Assembly: GCA_027604505.1 (NCBI GenBank)
Contig: JADIIX010000013.1
Coordinates: forward strand, 186,001 to 250,000
DNA length: 64,000 nt
Direction: 5' to 3'
From: Gonapodya sp. JEL0774
Taxonomy: Eukaryota
In this document: in pieces, positions 50,007 to 64,000 of the stretch
Layout of the letters: each line of letters opens with the position of its first letter
How positions within the stretch are numbered: position 1 is the first letter of the stretch
Program-made: the position numbers and the translations under genes
The notes under the pieces: model-generated
What the model was told of the DNA's origin: nothing
The model's input: only the letters and a program-made list of their open reading frames with translations
Databases searched by the model: none

Positions 50007-50897
50007 TCAGAAAGCTGCGAGACCAAACGGCCCACTTCATTCGTTAGTGCTTTGTATCGTGGGGTTGCTGAGAGCCGACCTATTCCATAGCAAGACAACA
50101 CCAAGAAAGCAACCAAAAGGACCCAATATCGTAATCCTTTCCGAATTTGGTCGCAGCAACCGTTGCGATCAGGCTGCATTTTTTCAAGATTCAACTGTCC
50201 AGTCCCAAGCTGTTACTCCGACGCCGTCGAAACCCTGGCAGTTCGAAGAGGAAAGACGACGGGAGATCGCTTACATAGTCAGTTACCTGAGCCCCAGGAA
50301 ATAAAATTGTTGTCCGATTCGCGGGTGCAAGTTGCAGATGCTGGGGGAGCAACGGCACGAACATGAAAGCATGATTACGTAGTTGTTGGAACAAATTAAC
50401 CCTCAATTATTTCTCAGAGCTTCCCCAAAGAACAACGACTGAAGTTCAGAAACTGAAGGAAGATGTATGGAAAATTGCGACAGTGAGTGATACTTGTACG
50501 GCTGATTGCCTCAAAGTGATGTGCCGTCTGCTGAAAAATGGATTGTATGTTCAATAATACACCAATCGGTGCTTTATCTCATGTTGGTGCGATTTCATTT
50601 CCCTCCCTGGGCGTATTTATCGCACTGGGGTTGAGGATGCTGACGTTGTGACCTCAAGTCAAGTGAGGAGTGCTGATCGCAAATTACTTCTCCAACCTCT
50701 CTTCCCAATCGTTGGATTCCGCGTTCAGATCGAAACGCATCATCATCAACGCAGCTTCCCGTTTCCTGAGACTCGATAGCTCGCGTTTGGGTGTGACTCT
50801 CCCATCCACCAACACTTCTGTCCCCGCAATCCCCTCAATCCCCGCTGCTTGTCCTTCGCCACTCATACCTCCCCCGTCAGATACCGTCCGTAACACC

Positions 50898-53800
50898 ATG
50901 GGTGGAGACAACCAAGCAGAGACAGAGCGAACACACGCCCTTGAAGAATCCATTCCCATGACGGGAACGGGGAAAGGGGATACGCCTTCCAACACCATTC
51001 ATCCCGAAGGAAACGGTGATTCAAGTGGCAAAGATGGCGGGGAATCTTCTGAAAAGGCGATATCAAAAAAGACGAAATTCACGGGAGAAGTGGAGGAAAA
51101 GCCCAAACGCGTCACAATCATACAATTGTTAGTTCGCTCCGCGGTTTGCCTCACCCTTTTCGCGACTTACCAAATTTCGTTATTTGCTCAAGATTTCGAT
51201 TCTCTACAACTGTCGAACGCCTCCTCATGGGTATTGCCTGCATTGCTGCCATGGTGTCAGGTGTTGCTCTTCCACTCCTGAACGTCTTTCTCGGAGGTGG
51301 GTTATTTACTCCTCAGACCATTGTTTCGACAATGATAAATCTGTTCTCTGAATAGATATTATCACGACCATAACCACCTACAATCCCCTCTGCGACTCAA
51401 GTGATCCAAAGATTCGCGCTGACACTCGTGCTGCATTCGGTGGAATTGAATGCGGTATTGACAAGTTCAATCAAGATATCCGCAGTGGATGCATCATTTT
51501 TGCCATATTAGGATGTGTTCAATTCGCCTGTGTTTATCTACACGTGAGCATAAGTGTCAGACCGCCGTACTGGATCCGCGCTGATTTCTCTTTCGTCCAA
51601 ATGGAAATGGAATTTTGATTTCCTCAGAATGTTATCTTTTCCTACACTGCTGAAACTCAAGCTAGAAGAATCCGGGAAGCTTTCTTCCACTCTCTCCTAT
51701 CTCAAGACCAGGGCTGGTTTGATGTGGGTGTTCGTTACTCGATCTTTTGCCAGCTGCGCTACCACACATGACACCTTTCTATTCATTGAGTAGAGCCAAC
51801 TCACGGGAGGCCTTGTAACACGAATTACTGCTGATATTGCGCAGGTCCAAGAAGGGCTCGGTCCAAAGGTGGGGGCGCCTTGTTTATGGATCCTCACTTT
51901 CATACAAACTGAGGTCTCCTTTTGCAGATGTCACAAATTGTGCAGTTCACGACTTCTTTCTTCACCGGTATCATTCTTGGTTTCACCAAAGGATGGCAGA
52001 TGTGAGCACCACACCATCTCGCCCTTTTGCTCACATCTTTAATCTCAATTTCCGAATTGCAAGGACTCTTGTGATTTTTGCGGGAGTTCCCGTCATCGCC
52101 ATTGCTGGCGGGACACTGGGAATTCTTTTGCAATCTGTTGCCACTCAAAACGCCTCGGCCTATGCCGGTGCTGGAGCAGTTGCATCCCAAGCCTTTACCG
52201 CGATTCGTACCGTCGTGGCTTTCGGAGGGGAAGCGAAAGAGGAACGAAAATATGAGAAGCGTTTGGATGAGGCTTATGCGATAGGACGTCGAGCAGCTAT
52301 TATTCAGGGAACCGGCATTGGTGTTGGTGAGTGCGCCTGCTGTTTCATTGTACGAGGCATTCGAAGCTTATATCGAGCAACTTCACCTACTTAAAAACCT
52401 TGATCTGTCATTGAAATCCAGTGAACATGTTGATATACTTCGGTATGTTCTGGTTTGCCCGTTCTGGATCTCGTTCTGGACTCGAATATTTACCCCATTT
52501 CTTCAGTGTTTGCTTTCGGCTTTTGGTACGGCTCCACACTCGTTGCAAGTGGGCAATATAATGGAGGTCAGGTTCTGAGTAAGTACGATCTTCAATCACT
52601 TGCGTCCCTGGCGTGGCTTTTAACTGTGATTGTACAACCTCCGCAGCTGTGTTTTTATCGGTTCTTGTGGGCGCTTTCTCTCTCGCGACAGTTGGTCCCA
52701 ACATTCCTTTCATCTTCACAGCGCAGGGTGCTGCGTTTCAGTTGTACGCCATAATTGACCGCAAATCGCCAATTGACCCTCTGTCGCAGGCCGGCGAGCG
52801 TCCACCAACTGTTCAAGGCCGCATCGAACTACGTAATGTTACTTTCCGCTATCCATCACGCACCGATGTCACGGTCCTTGACGACTTCTCCCTTGTTGTG
52901 GAGCCCGGTCAAACAGTTGCCCTGGTTGGTGGCTCCGGAAGTGGCAAGTCCACGATCGTGAAATTGGTCGAGCGTTTCTATGATGCCGAGAAAGGGCAAG
53001 TGTTGCTTGATGGACGAGACGTGAAAGCCTTGAACGTCGACTTTTTGCGCACAACCGTGGGGATTGTATCTCAGGAACCTGTTTTGTTCGACACGTCAGT
53101 GCGGGAAAACATCTTATACGGATTGAGCCTTGAAGCTCGCAGGAACTTGTCGAAAGAAAAGTTGGACGAGATGGTTATCTCAGCGGCAAAGATGGCGAAT
53201 GCGCACGAATTTGTTTCAAATTTACCCAAGGCCTACGACACTGTCGTTGGTGCACAAGGAGGGCAAATTTCCGGTGAGTAAATGTGACTCAAATCTTACA
53301 TCTGCTGGTTGAGTATCCCTTCGTTCTTTGCTTATCGATACTTTTCTCGTGGGCATAACCGTGATTCTTCTGGATCAGGTGGTCAGAAGCAGAGAGTAGC
53401 AATCGGTGAGTCTCCTGTTCAATTATTTTCTATATTCGTATAACAATTGTCGTCGTGTCGTTCCAGCGCGTGCTATTATTGGAAATCCCGTGAGAATATG
53501 TTTTTATACGTCTTCTGTTTGTGTGCAGTGATGAACTCAACGGTCACGTCAGCGAATACTCCTCCTGGATGAAGCGACCAGTGCCCTTGACACTACAAGG
53601 TAATTGCTGCTGGTCGGTACCTTGAAGCAAAGGGTTAATGCAGCTATTGCAGTGAACGACTTGTACAAGCTGCATTGGATAAAGCAGCAATGGGAAGAAC
53701 GACAATTGTTGTTGCCCAGTACGTGAAATGGTTTGAGCTGGACACTTTAGTCTCCACTTCTCACGAAATGCGCCCTCAGTCGTCTATCCACCATCAAAAA

Positions 53801-56800
53801 TGCATCAAAAATTGTAGTCATGAAGCTGGGGAAAATTGTAGAAGCAGGAACCCATGAGGAGCTGATCGGCAACAATGGACTATACTCTGAATTGGTTCGT
53901 GTTCAAGAGCTTCGGATGAGCAGACGGAAATCATCTGGAGCGATCAGAAGCAGCCGCAAATCCTCACTAGCTCTGTCAGAAGAGGGACGGATATCCACGG
54001 GGACCAAACACCTTTCACACCCTCTAACAGTCGTGCCAGGGACGGGCGTAGAGGCTACCGCTGAGTTGGAAGACGGTTTGCCTGTTCCCATCGTTCCCGT
54101 GAAGCAATTGGAGGAGCTTGAGAATCCGGAAACCGAAGAGTCCGAGGATGATTCCGTAGACAAGACGGGGCAAGACGTGGTTCTTTCACTGAAGCGGGGA
54201 CAGTCGACGGAGCTCATGGCGCTCTCTGCAGAAGAACGCAAGAAAAGAATCCGAGAGGCTGAGTTCGAGCGACTCTCGAAGCAGCCCACGCCTTGGTTTC
54301 GGTTGTACCGAGCTGCACTTCCCCAGTTGTAAGTATATATGTATATGGAAACGCAACGCTATTGCGTGATTCGCTCTAACATTGTTTGACAGACCACTCT
54401 ATATCGTCGGTATATTGGGTGCAAGTGTGAATGGGGCAATTTTCCCTATTTTCTCGGTGCTGTTGTGTGTATTGGAAAGATTTCACCTAGGATTCTTCTG
54501 CAGATCTCGAATAACGTGATTTGATGTTTCTGCTCAGCTCTCGAATCTTGAATGTTTACAGACCTGACAATACCAACGTGCAAGGGGATGCCAAGTTCGT
54601 GTGGCCTGTTCTCCCCGAGATTGTTAACCATTCACCTTTTATTGCTTTTCTATGAAGCTTCTGGTCTCTCATGTTTATTGTAATCGGAGTTGTGGGACTA
54701 TTTTCAAATTTTGCGGCCTTGTCATCTTTCAATATCGGTGGAGGTAACATGAGAACACGCATTCGCCAAAATGAGTCATTTTTGATGCACCTACCCAATA
54801 TCTTCACCTTTAGAGGCGCTTACGCGAAAACTTCGTGCTCAGTCGTTTAGTGCGCTATTGCGTCAGGAGATTGGATTCTATGATGATGAGAAGAACAGTG
54901 TGGGAGCTCTGACAACCAAGTTAGGTGGGTCCAAGGGGTGGTATGATTTGATCTGAGGCGAAGCCTCAATGTTGCTTTCCCAATTTTGAATAAAAAAATA
55001 GCCGAAGAAGCGAGCGAAGTTAAGGGTCTCGTTGGGGGGGTTATTTCCTCCTTGTTTTCAACTGTGGCAACAATCGTCGTTGGTCTGGTTCTGATGTTTA
55101 CAAACGGATGGTATGCAGATTTGCTCCCTTCAACTGCTTGTTTTCATGTTCGAGTTTTACAATCTTCTGCTCTCATCAACCGACAGGCAATTGACCTTGT
55201 GAGTCGATTTCTCTCTATATTGCCAATATAGAGTTCTTACAAGGTTCTGTTGGGCTTTCAGGTGTATCATCGTTTTCTTCCCATTGCTTGCATTGGAAGG
55301 TTACTTCCAAATCTCGGCAATGAAAGGTGCAAAGGAGCAAATCGCGACACTATATGCTCAGAGCAACCGCGTTGCCACGGAAGCGATTTCTAACATCAAA
55401 ACGGTGGCTACACTCGTGAGTGACCACCAATAATCCCAACTCGTGGGCGATATGCACCAATTGTGTTATTGTAGAGGAAAGAGGAGATGTTCTTTGAACA
55501 ATTTCAGTCCAAACTTGAAGAACCATATCGGAGCGGTGTCAGCACCGCACTGCGCACTAGTTTAGGCCTGGGTATTGCGCAAGCTATGCAATTTTACATG
55601 AATGCATTCAGTGAGTGTAGTTAGTATCATTGTCGGTTTATTTAGTGGCCATAACTTTTGCTCGCCAGCTTTCTTTATTGGTGGAAAATTCGTGGCAAGC
55701 GGTCTGTACACCGGTCTCCAGCTCCTTTCTACTTTCTTTGCAGTCCTATTTACAGCGCAACAAGCTGGCCAAGGTGGGTGAATTGTTGTCACCAGTAGAT
55801 TGACGAGCGGCCACTTGATATTCGACATCACGCTAGCATCATCTTTCGCACCAAATATTGCAAAGGCACGCGTTGCAGCTGCTACAATATTCGAATTCCT
55901 TGATCGGATACCGAGAATCGATTCTTCTTCCGCTGAGGGCAAAAAGCCAAAAGCACAGGGCAATTTTGAAGGGAGCGGAATGGAGTTCTCCTACCCAACT
56001 CGATCCGATACTAAAGTACTCAAAGGTCTGGACGTTCGCGGATTGAGAGGCCAAACTATCGCCTTGGTTGGACCATCAGGTAATATTCATTGATCGCTTT
56101 CTGAGTGATATCTCACACACAAAATCAATCTTTCTTTCAGGATGCGGGAAAAGCACTGTAATTGCTCTCCTCGAAAGATTTTATGACGTTTCTGGCGGGT
56201 CGATGAATGTTGAAGGAGTGGACACACGCGAGTGGCATCTCCAGACTCTGAGAAAGGAGATGGCGCTTGTCGGTCAAGGTGAGGTTAGACGTATCAGCCT
56301 TTGTGCCTCGGATACCCCATTTCACACGTCAAGATCCTTCATGTCTCAGAGCCTATTTTGTTCAGTGGCTCGATTCGTGAAAACATTGCCTACGGGGTGC
56401 CGGATAGCGAGCTGGAACCATCTCAAGAGCAAATTGAGACTGTTGCTCGAATGGCAAATATCCATGATTTTATTATGACCCAGCCTCAGGGTTATCATAC
56501 AGAAGTGGGCGAGAAAGGTGGCCAATTATCCGGCGGACAAAAGCAGCGGTAAGTCGATTCGCAAGTTTTCTTTGCGAAACTGTGTTAGTAATCGATTTGT
56601 CGGGAAAGGGTTGCGATTGCGCGAGCGTTGATTCGCAATCCCGAAATCCTATTGCTTGATGAGGCAACCAGCGCGTTAGATTCAGAGAGGTGAGATCTTC
56701 CTGCCAAATTCTCAGGGTTTATTGGTATGAGCAAAGTTCCCCTGTCACATAGTGAGAAAGTTGTAGAGCTTGCATTGAAGGTTGCGAGCAAAGGACGTAC

Positions 56801-56966
56801 CACTGTCTCTATTGCTCACCGTCTTTCGACTATTCAAGACGCAGACGTCATCTTCGTCATCAATCGTGGTGCCGTCGTTGAGTGGGGAAAGCACATGGAT
56901 CTGATTGAACAGAAAGGTCAATACTTCGAGCTGGTGAATCAGCAAAGATTGGGGGCCGCACCGTAA
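50898..56966 (+). CDS. Full-length ABCB (MDR/P-glycoprotein) transporter, TMD-NBD-TMD-NBD, many introns
   Basis: Two NBDs ([35 protein letters not shown] and [42 protein letters not shown]), TMD motifs ([21 protein letters not shown]) and an acidic linker. Confidence 0.96.
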
Positions 56967-57458
56967 GACACAGATCTACCGCATCTCGGTTCCACTTGCC
57001 GTGGTGCTTGAAGATGCTGTCTGAAACGTCCCCACTAACATTCTTGGTGCTTCGAAGTGTAGATAACATAGAATGACATATAGATTAGTAGATCAGATAG
57101 ATGACTGTAGATGACATGTAGGTTGAACACGAAACCACATTCTTAGTAGTACACAGACTTGATTAGAAACGGAGGATTCACTGACAATCTCGCCAATTTC
57201 AAACCAAGACAACTCCAACTCCAATTGCACCGAAAAAACCGTCAGGGACTAATTCACCCCACCAGTAACCCTAAGGCTGGGACTGTTTGTGGGTGGTGTG
57301 GATCGCACAATTCAAGCGCCGGGATAGAGTTTCTAATTATGCAAGTAATGTGCTATTCAGGAGAATTGATTGTAAAACTACCATGGTATTCTAAGAAAGA
57401 ACGAAAGATACTGTGAAACCCATCCTTATGCGGATTGATGCTGATATCTCGCGCTCAA

Positions 57459-60400
57459 TCACCGGCAATCATATCCAGAGCTCCGGTCTCCTCCACACTC
57501 ACGGTACAACCTCATGGTCTCTCCCAAATTTGAACACGCTCCAAAACGCTTTTCGTCCACACCCCACGGACTGATTGACGTGATCGACCACCGAGGCTTC
57601 CGTGAAGAATTCTTGTCTGGCCACTCAGAGTGAGCGCGTCCCGCGACCTCACTCCAGACACTAATCTCTCGATTCTCCCCTGTTCTGATCCACCGAACGT
57701 CACCTGGATTCTTCTGGGGCTGCCGTGATGCGCTTGGAACCAACAAAGACCGAAATCTAGGATCTCGGGACTCCTGCACCTTGGTTCTGTCAACGAACTG
57801 ACGGCCTGCGCCGGGCTCAGTCTGCCAAAAAACGTCTCCTTTGAGAACAATGTCTTCGACATACCGTCTGTCTTCGACAAACTGTCTGTCTACGACAAAC
57901 GGTCTCTCTCTTTGCAAGCCGATCACAGGTGAAATTTCATCCACATCGTCCCATCTTTTCTTTGGTAACACGAATTGTCCGGGCTTTCGAATGATTTGAC
58001 CAACACAGAGAAACTCCGCCGATCTACTCACTCGACGAAAGCCGTTAATAGACGAAGCCCGCAAGTTGCCTGCGGACTCAAGACGTTCAGCTCCAACCTC
58101 ATTGGAAACTATTTTCACAAGGTCGCCAACACATATTATGTCCACTCCGAATCTCAGTGCAAGAATGGAGCTTTTGTTACTGGAGTCAACCTTTAGAGAT
58201 AATGTTCCAGACACACCCATCAACTGTGCTGCTCCACGGTTCCAGAGGGTACATCGTCCAACATTTCCACTTCGCCACAGTTCAATAGGCACAATATGTT
58301 CGGCTGAGACTATTTCAGTTTGACCTGGAGCATCAACGTCGAGGGATGAGACTGGTAGCCGCCGCACCTCGTATGCGAGAGGCCGGTCTCGATTTGCGCC
58401 TTCATGGACTCCCCACCTCTCCAGAATGTAACGAGCAGATCGCGCCGACGGCACAGCAGCGGTCGGCCTGCGAAATGTTCCCATCGTCTCCAGGTCCGGT
58501 CGACCGACTTCGTTGAGAGATGACACAAGCACCAGAGCGTGTTCTTCAGAGTCCGTATTACTAACGGCGTCCGCTGAACGACCAGGTAAGCATGAATCAC
58601 CTGATTCCCTTGAGTTGAGCGCTACGTCACTGATGCCTTCACTAAGCGTAGGAGTAAATAGATCTCGGTATCGAGGAGCGTCCAGAGGATTAAGTGTGGG
58701 AGACGCAGCCATCGTTGAGTCGCGAGGGCGGGTATCAGGGGATAGATATGAGACACCATCGGCCTCTGAGTGACCACGAGCAGGTTTAAGCGCTGGAGAT
58801 AGAACCTGCCGGTTCCCGATATCATCCACAGGTGAGTATTGGGGCCTTGAGATGAAGTTCCTCGCCTCGCTTGCAGATGTCACCAGTGGCAAATAGCTCG
58901 TTACAACTCCAAGATCCATAGCAAAATCTTCTTTGAGATCGAGTTCAGGTTGTTGCGGAAAAAAATTTGAAGCTGCGTGCTGCAGAGGAAACAGGTCATC
59001 CCTCGAGGAAGGTAGAATCACCTCGACTTTTAGTTGCGACTTCAGCAATTGTGAAGAGGGCGAGCAGCCCCTCTCATCGTCTATACTACTGAGATCTTCG
59101 CCAACGTCGTACAGTCGGTCCTCAGACATTGTGTTACCCGCAAAAGCAAAAGAGGAGTTCTGACGATTGGAGAGAGGGGGGCACGGTGCAACAGCGACCG
59201 GGTTGGGTGGAGGAGACGTGGATATGTTTAAATGCGGTTCCAAATCATGTTCCATTATCCAGTGTTGGGAACCATCCTTAATGGTGTGCGGCTTTCGTGT
59301 GTTTTGTTTCACGTTATCATCGGGTAGTGGCCGAACGACCAAGACAGGCCTGGGAGTCGGAAGAAAACGGGCGTTTCCATTCATCACCAAATGTTTGGGA
59401 TCATTTCGGAGACCTCAGACGGAAACCCACCACATCACCTCTCTCACATCCTGATCATTCTCTTTTTCTTCCTTGTTCTCCAACACCACAGCCCAAGCAA
59501 TATCCCCTGATCTATATCCTAAGTGCCATTCCCACTTGATCGGTTCTCCCGCGTTTGGAGCAACGACTTCGACTAAGGTGGCACCGCGCTTGTGGGAACG
59601 CTTATGGGACAGACTTGAAGGGGGAAGAACAGACGAGGAAGCAGGCCAAGAGGAGACTCTAATGCCGGAATAGGAAGACCCGGGAGGGTTTAGTCGGCGA
59701 CGCTTTGAAAAGTTCCCGTTGTCTGCAGAGTCCGATTCGTCTTCCCCAGAAAAGGATGAACGATTAAGCCTACTAGTTCGACGATCAGAAGATTGCGCTG
59801 GAGAAGGAGATGAGTTTGGAGGTTTGGAAAGTGAGCTGTGAACTTTCATGCTCCTCCTTGGAGGCAGGGCGCCTGGGGCTCTATTTGACGGATTGCGAGC
59901 ACCCCGCGGAACCCCACCACAGTACTGACACAAGCACGCTGGCACAACTACATTAGGTGGCAAAACTGCCAGAGCTGGCTGACCCGTGCGCAGAGAGGGA
60001 GAACCAAAAGTAAGGTTATCGAGAACCACGTCCAATGGTCGCGTCAGGCTGGGAGTGGCCCCATTCTCCTTCGTGCTCTTCCGAATGGCTTCATCAACAC
60101 TCTTTAACCACTTGAGGTGTGGCGCGAACTCGTTCGGACTACGAAACCTTCGCCTCCCCGCCATCCCAAACAAGTAGAAATCCGTCCTCCTCCTCTCATT
60201 CCGCGCTCGAGAATGTCCAAACAGCGCATATCCACGTGGCCAAGCTGTGAGTCCACAAAGAGGAAGCCAGTGCGACTCAGAACGGGAGCCTTGGGCGAGG
60301 AAAAAGCCGGAGGATTGTTCGGTGGACGGATGGTTAATGGGGTCACCGTCTGAGAAGAGAGGAGGGGAGACCGCTGAAGAATTCGTGAGCGGAGGTGGGA

Positions 60401-61090
60401 CGAAAGTGGGGGACGGAGCGGCAGTTTGAGAAGTTGACCGGTTACGCATGCTGTACGTGTTGCTGATTGGGGAAGATGACTGTGATCGAGAGGGGGAACG
60501 ACTCACTGCACTGAGAGCGTCAGGCGGGCTGTGCAAAAAGATAAACCAATTCACGTAATATTGTAATGGTGTGGTTCACCGCAGCACTTCTCACCATGCA
60601 GCTTCGACGTCTCTGGATCCCCCTTCATCCTCCTCGCTCACTCGTTTGTGCATCCTCTTACACACACTGGACAAGAACCCAAAGGATATAAGGATCATCA
60701 GGTCATGCATGTATTGACGAATGACCAATTCGCGGGGAGTGGACTTCGAATCATATCATCATTCGCGATGTAGCAAAGAATTTGCACTTGCCACCTGGAT
60801 ACAAGCTCTCCCTGCTCGACGCAAAGCAGTTTCATTCTTTTCTAAGTTTCCCCCGGGCGCCCGTTTTCAATTGCACTACGTCCAGCTGGAAACATAATCT
60901 CACCTCCGCGCCCTTTGTCCTCCTTATCTACGAACCCCGCGCGACACTCTGTGCGACCAGCGCTACCGGTGCCACAAATGGTGATAGTTAAGTCGTGTTG
61001 TCGTTCTGTCGTGGAAAGGTGTGGTAGCACCTCAGGTTGGCGGAGGACTGGCCCCTTCGACGACTCGGAGCCACAGTGGCATCCCGACAT
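57459..61090 (-). CDS. clr2: Cryptic loci regulator 2 (Clr2)-like silencing protein; 5' end uncertain (60653 or 61090)
   Basis: LTAWPRGYALFGHSR..RTDFYLFG..RRFRSPNEFAPHLKWL..CLCQYC matches the Clr2 transcription-silencing domain. YRSGDIAW and a C-terminal FGVDIICVGDLVKI (BAH-like) region also fit. Confidence 0.78.
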
Positions 61091-61765
61091 CCCAACATAG
61101 TAACTCGCCAGCCTGCAAAAGACGGTGCATTTGGATTCAAACATCGCAACCCTCTGTTCTCTGATCAAAATATTCTCGAGGCCATGACCTCGATTTGCCA
61201 AATGATGGTCATCCCAGAGAGATTTGGCGGAAGTGATGAAAGCTATTTGACCCCCAACAACCAAAAGTCAGGTATATTCGACGTCGCGCATGCTGTTACC
61301 CCATTTTCACCCCATTTTTTTTTTGGATTGTCGTTTTGATGTATTATTTTGCCTGATTTATGTAAATTGTACAGACATGGAAATACTTTGTTTGTGTTTG
61401 CTTCGCAAGATGTGACAGACAGAATGAAAAGAAGAGAAAAAATACCCGAGCACTCTCGAAATGATTGAAAAAATGGTGAAATGTGAACGGCAATTCGACC
61501 CACAACAATTGCAGCAATCGTCACTCTGCATAGTGCCAGCTACACAAGACAAGAGTTTTGAGTTCCCCAGTCGGTCCAGAGGCGTGAAACACGATGGCGC
61601 CGTGTCCATCGTATCCAGTTCTATCTCTCGCCAAGTTGATCAGACGTGTCCTCAAACGTAGTGTCTTGTCCCGTCTGCCAAAGCAGGACAGAAGCGTCTT
61701 GAAATAACGTTCTTCGGATGCACCATATCACCACTCCAAACACACGTTCTCACCTTTCCTCAATT

Positions 61766-63535
61766 TCACCAAGGGCACTGCCTAACCCACCCCTCTCTCC
61801 TCTTCCCTCCTCCCACCAATTCTCCATGCTCCTCCTCTCGCTTCCTCCTCGTCCCTCCCACATAAGCCAGTTTCGCCAAGAGTGCCTCCCATCCGGTGTT
61901 CTTCCCGTTCTGGACCCATTCCTCCTCCATTTTTCGGAGACCCTCATTTACATCCAATCCCAGAGTCTTCCTCATATGAAGCACTTGGCTCAAGCGCTTG
62001 GCTCGCAACTCTTGGGCGGCAGAGACAAAGGATTCGTAAGGCAGCGATGCGTTTGCACCCGTGAGACACGATTCAAAGAGAGCCATATCTGCCCGCGCAA
62101 ACAGCGGAGGTGTTGCGTTCTTGGCGGCAATGAGAAGCCCACGTTCTCTGTGAGCTCTTTCGCGCTGGCGTTCTTGCTTGAGTTGCTTTTGTCTCTTCAC
62201 CTCCGAACCCTTCTTTTCGATGATATCGATAAGAGGCTCCCAGCTTTTCTTCACAAATGGGTTGTTCCTTCTCCAATTCTCCAATGCCGCGAGTCGGGCT
62301 TCCTCCCAAGTTCGACCCTTCACGCCATAATTATGCCATTGAGTTTGGAACCCGCGCGCTCCAATTCTAGTGGCGAACTTGTCCACACTGACTCGGCGGA
62401 TATGCTCGTGCAACCGAGTTATTCCCGTTATGTCATTGTTGCGCACAAAGTCGGGCTCGGGGCCGTAGAGGCTTGGGAGCGGGAGTTTTGGGACAGCGAC
62501 TTTTGGGACATCAGGATCGCGGAGGGAGAGAAGAGATTCCTCGTCAGGGAAGAGGTCGGCAGCAGTGAAGGAATCCTGGTGTGGAGAAACCGGGTTCCAA
62601 GGACGGAGAACACGGTAAGCAATCAGTTCAATTCATTGCATAACTGCACACAGTGGGGGCGTTCCATGAAGCCCGCTGTCCCCAACAGTGCAACTCACGT
62701 GAGGAATTTTACGCGATACCATTGTTCGTCCGAATTCCACGCGCATCTCCATGATCTTGACAAGCCTCGTCGCAGCCCTCCTCCTGCACGCTACGACAAA
62801 GCCCCACTCTGTGGCCTCCTTATTTTCTATAAAGGCTCTCAACAAGTCCTCATCGGCTTGTCCATCGAGCCTGGACTTACGAGCTGCTGCGACCAGTTTC
62901 CTCATGCGGGTTTCGTCTGCACGGATTTCATGGAGTACTTCGATGGAACCGTTGTGCAAGATGCATGCGCGGTAGCCCGATGCAGCATAATACAATCTAG
63001 TTGGAGCATCGGTGGAATGCATTTGGAAGCAGTGTTGACCGACAGATTGAGGAATTTTGAAGCGGGCGCAGAGTTGTTGAAGAGGCATGGCACCGATGGC
63101 GCGATTAGAGCGGCAGTTGGAGCACAGTTGTGGTGGGTACATGCGAAGTGGCACCGGATCGCGAGCACCAATGGCGTAGCCAGGGCAGACCGGTGGTTTA
63201 AGAAGGTCGGCAGGTATTATTGATCCGCAAGCGACACAGAGGTCTTCCGAACAAGCACGGTCGAGAACGGTAGTGGGAGAACGAGAGTGAGAAATTGTGT
63301 TAAGGAGGTATGCGGCGAGCGAAATCGGTATTTTGGCATTGAACGCTATCGCAGCAGAGGGCAGCACCCAAGGGAACACGGTGTCAACGAACGACTTTGT
63401 GGCTTGGCACGCGGAAGCGAGTTTAAATAGGGCAACTGTGTCGGCCTTCAGATGCTTTTTGAGAATTTGATAGAGGATGTCGTAGTTGAGTGTCAGGAAA
63501 TTGGCAACCTCTCCTTGCTCAACCGGGAGCGCCAT
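61766..63535 (-). CDS. F-box-like protein with Cys pairs; two ORFs joined by an intron (about 62698-62577)
   Basis: FLTLNYDILYQILKKHL..LFKLASACQAT, then CVAC and CSNC. Donor GTGAGT after KIPH and acceptor CAG|GAT link in frame to DSFTAADLFP..FVRNNDITG. Confidence 0.6.
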
Positions 63536-64000
63536 GATGGAGTTTCAAGGGAGCAAAGCTAGGAATCAATCAAAGCGCAACACCAAGTTGCTTTTGAAGA
63601 GGTTGAAGAAGTTGGAGATTCTGTGGATGGGAGTGCACAAGAGCAGAACAGTTTGAGCAGGGGGAGACACTTGACCCGCGAGTAGAGCAGACAGGACATT
63701 CCAATGGCAAAACGATCAATAACAAGTGTAGCATGACTGCCAATGCTGCTGGGATCCGCTCTCGTCTGACTCGGTGTCAGCCCACCTGTCTTGCTCGTGT
63801 TTGGGATGACTGTCCGACACAATTAGTACCCAGGTTTTGTGACAAATACGTTGTGTAAATCAAGTGAGTTCCCTCACAAGAACGCAAACTATTCAAGCGG
63901 TGTACTTCTATCTCTGAAAGTAAACAGATTATTGAAAGCTAAATGTACATCGGCAGGGAAAACGGAGTCTGTCGCCGACTCCCAGTAGTTGACTTGCACA

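Noticed and set aside
57060..57122. TAGAT-rich stretch after the ABC transporter
   Set aside because: Irregular low-complexity 3'UTR sequence with no defined unit.
61718..63223. 501-aa plus-strand ORF
   Set aside because: Antisense shadow of the spliced minus-strand F-box-like gene; no recognisable motifs.

Overview
Gene-dense, intron-rich eukaryotic DNA with short GT-AG introns and fungal-type genes. My inference is an early-diverging (zoosporic-type) fungus. About 19 protein-coding genes were reconstructed by hand: NOT4 (partial), a START/SRPBCC-like protein, an APC amino-acid permease, a GCN4/ATF4-like bZIP, two F-box-like proteins, a Cys-rich single-pass membrane protein, CDC45, PPWD1, a Yap-type bZIP, a DUF1992 protein, an eIF2-alpha kinase, a cyclin-box protein, a membrane-anchored PAM2/RGG/CCCH protein, a C2H2 factor, a Zn-ADH, a kinesin, an ABCB/MDR transporter and Clr2. 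No RNA genes, CRISPR arrays or recognisable transposons were supported. The top finding is an HRI-like eIF2-alpha kinase (minus strand, 27061-33323) whose spliced N-terminus is a FixL-type PAS domain that keeps the haem-ligating His, suggesting a haem/gas-sensing integrated stress response (ISR) kinase. A bZIP gene about 17 kb away has a leader with ATF4-like uORF architecture. All family assignments come from remembered motifs, not database searches, and exon boundaries are manual predictions.
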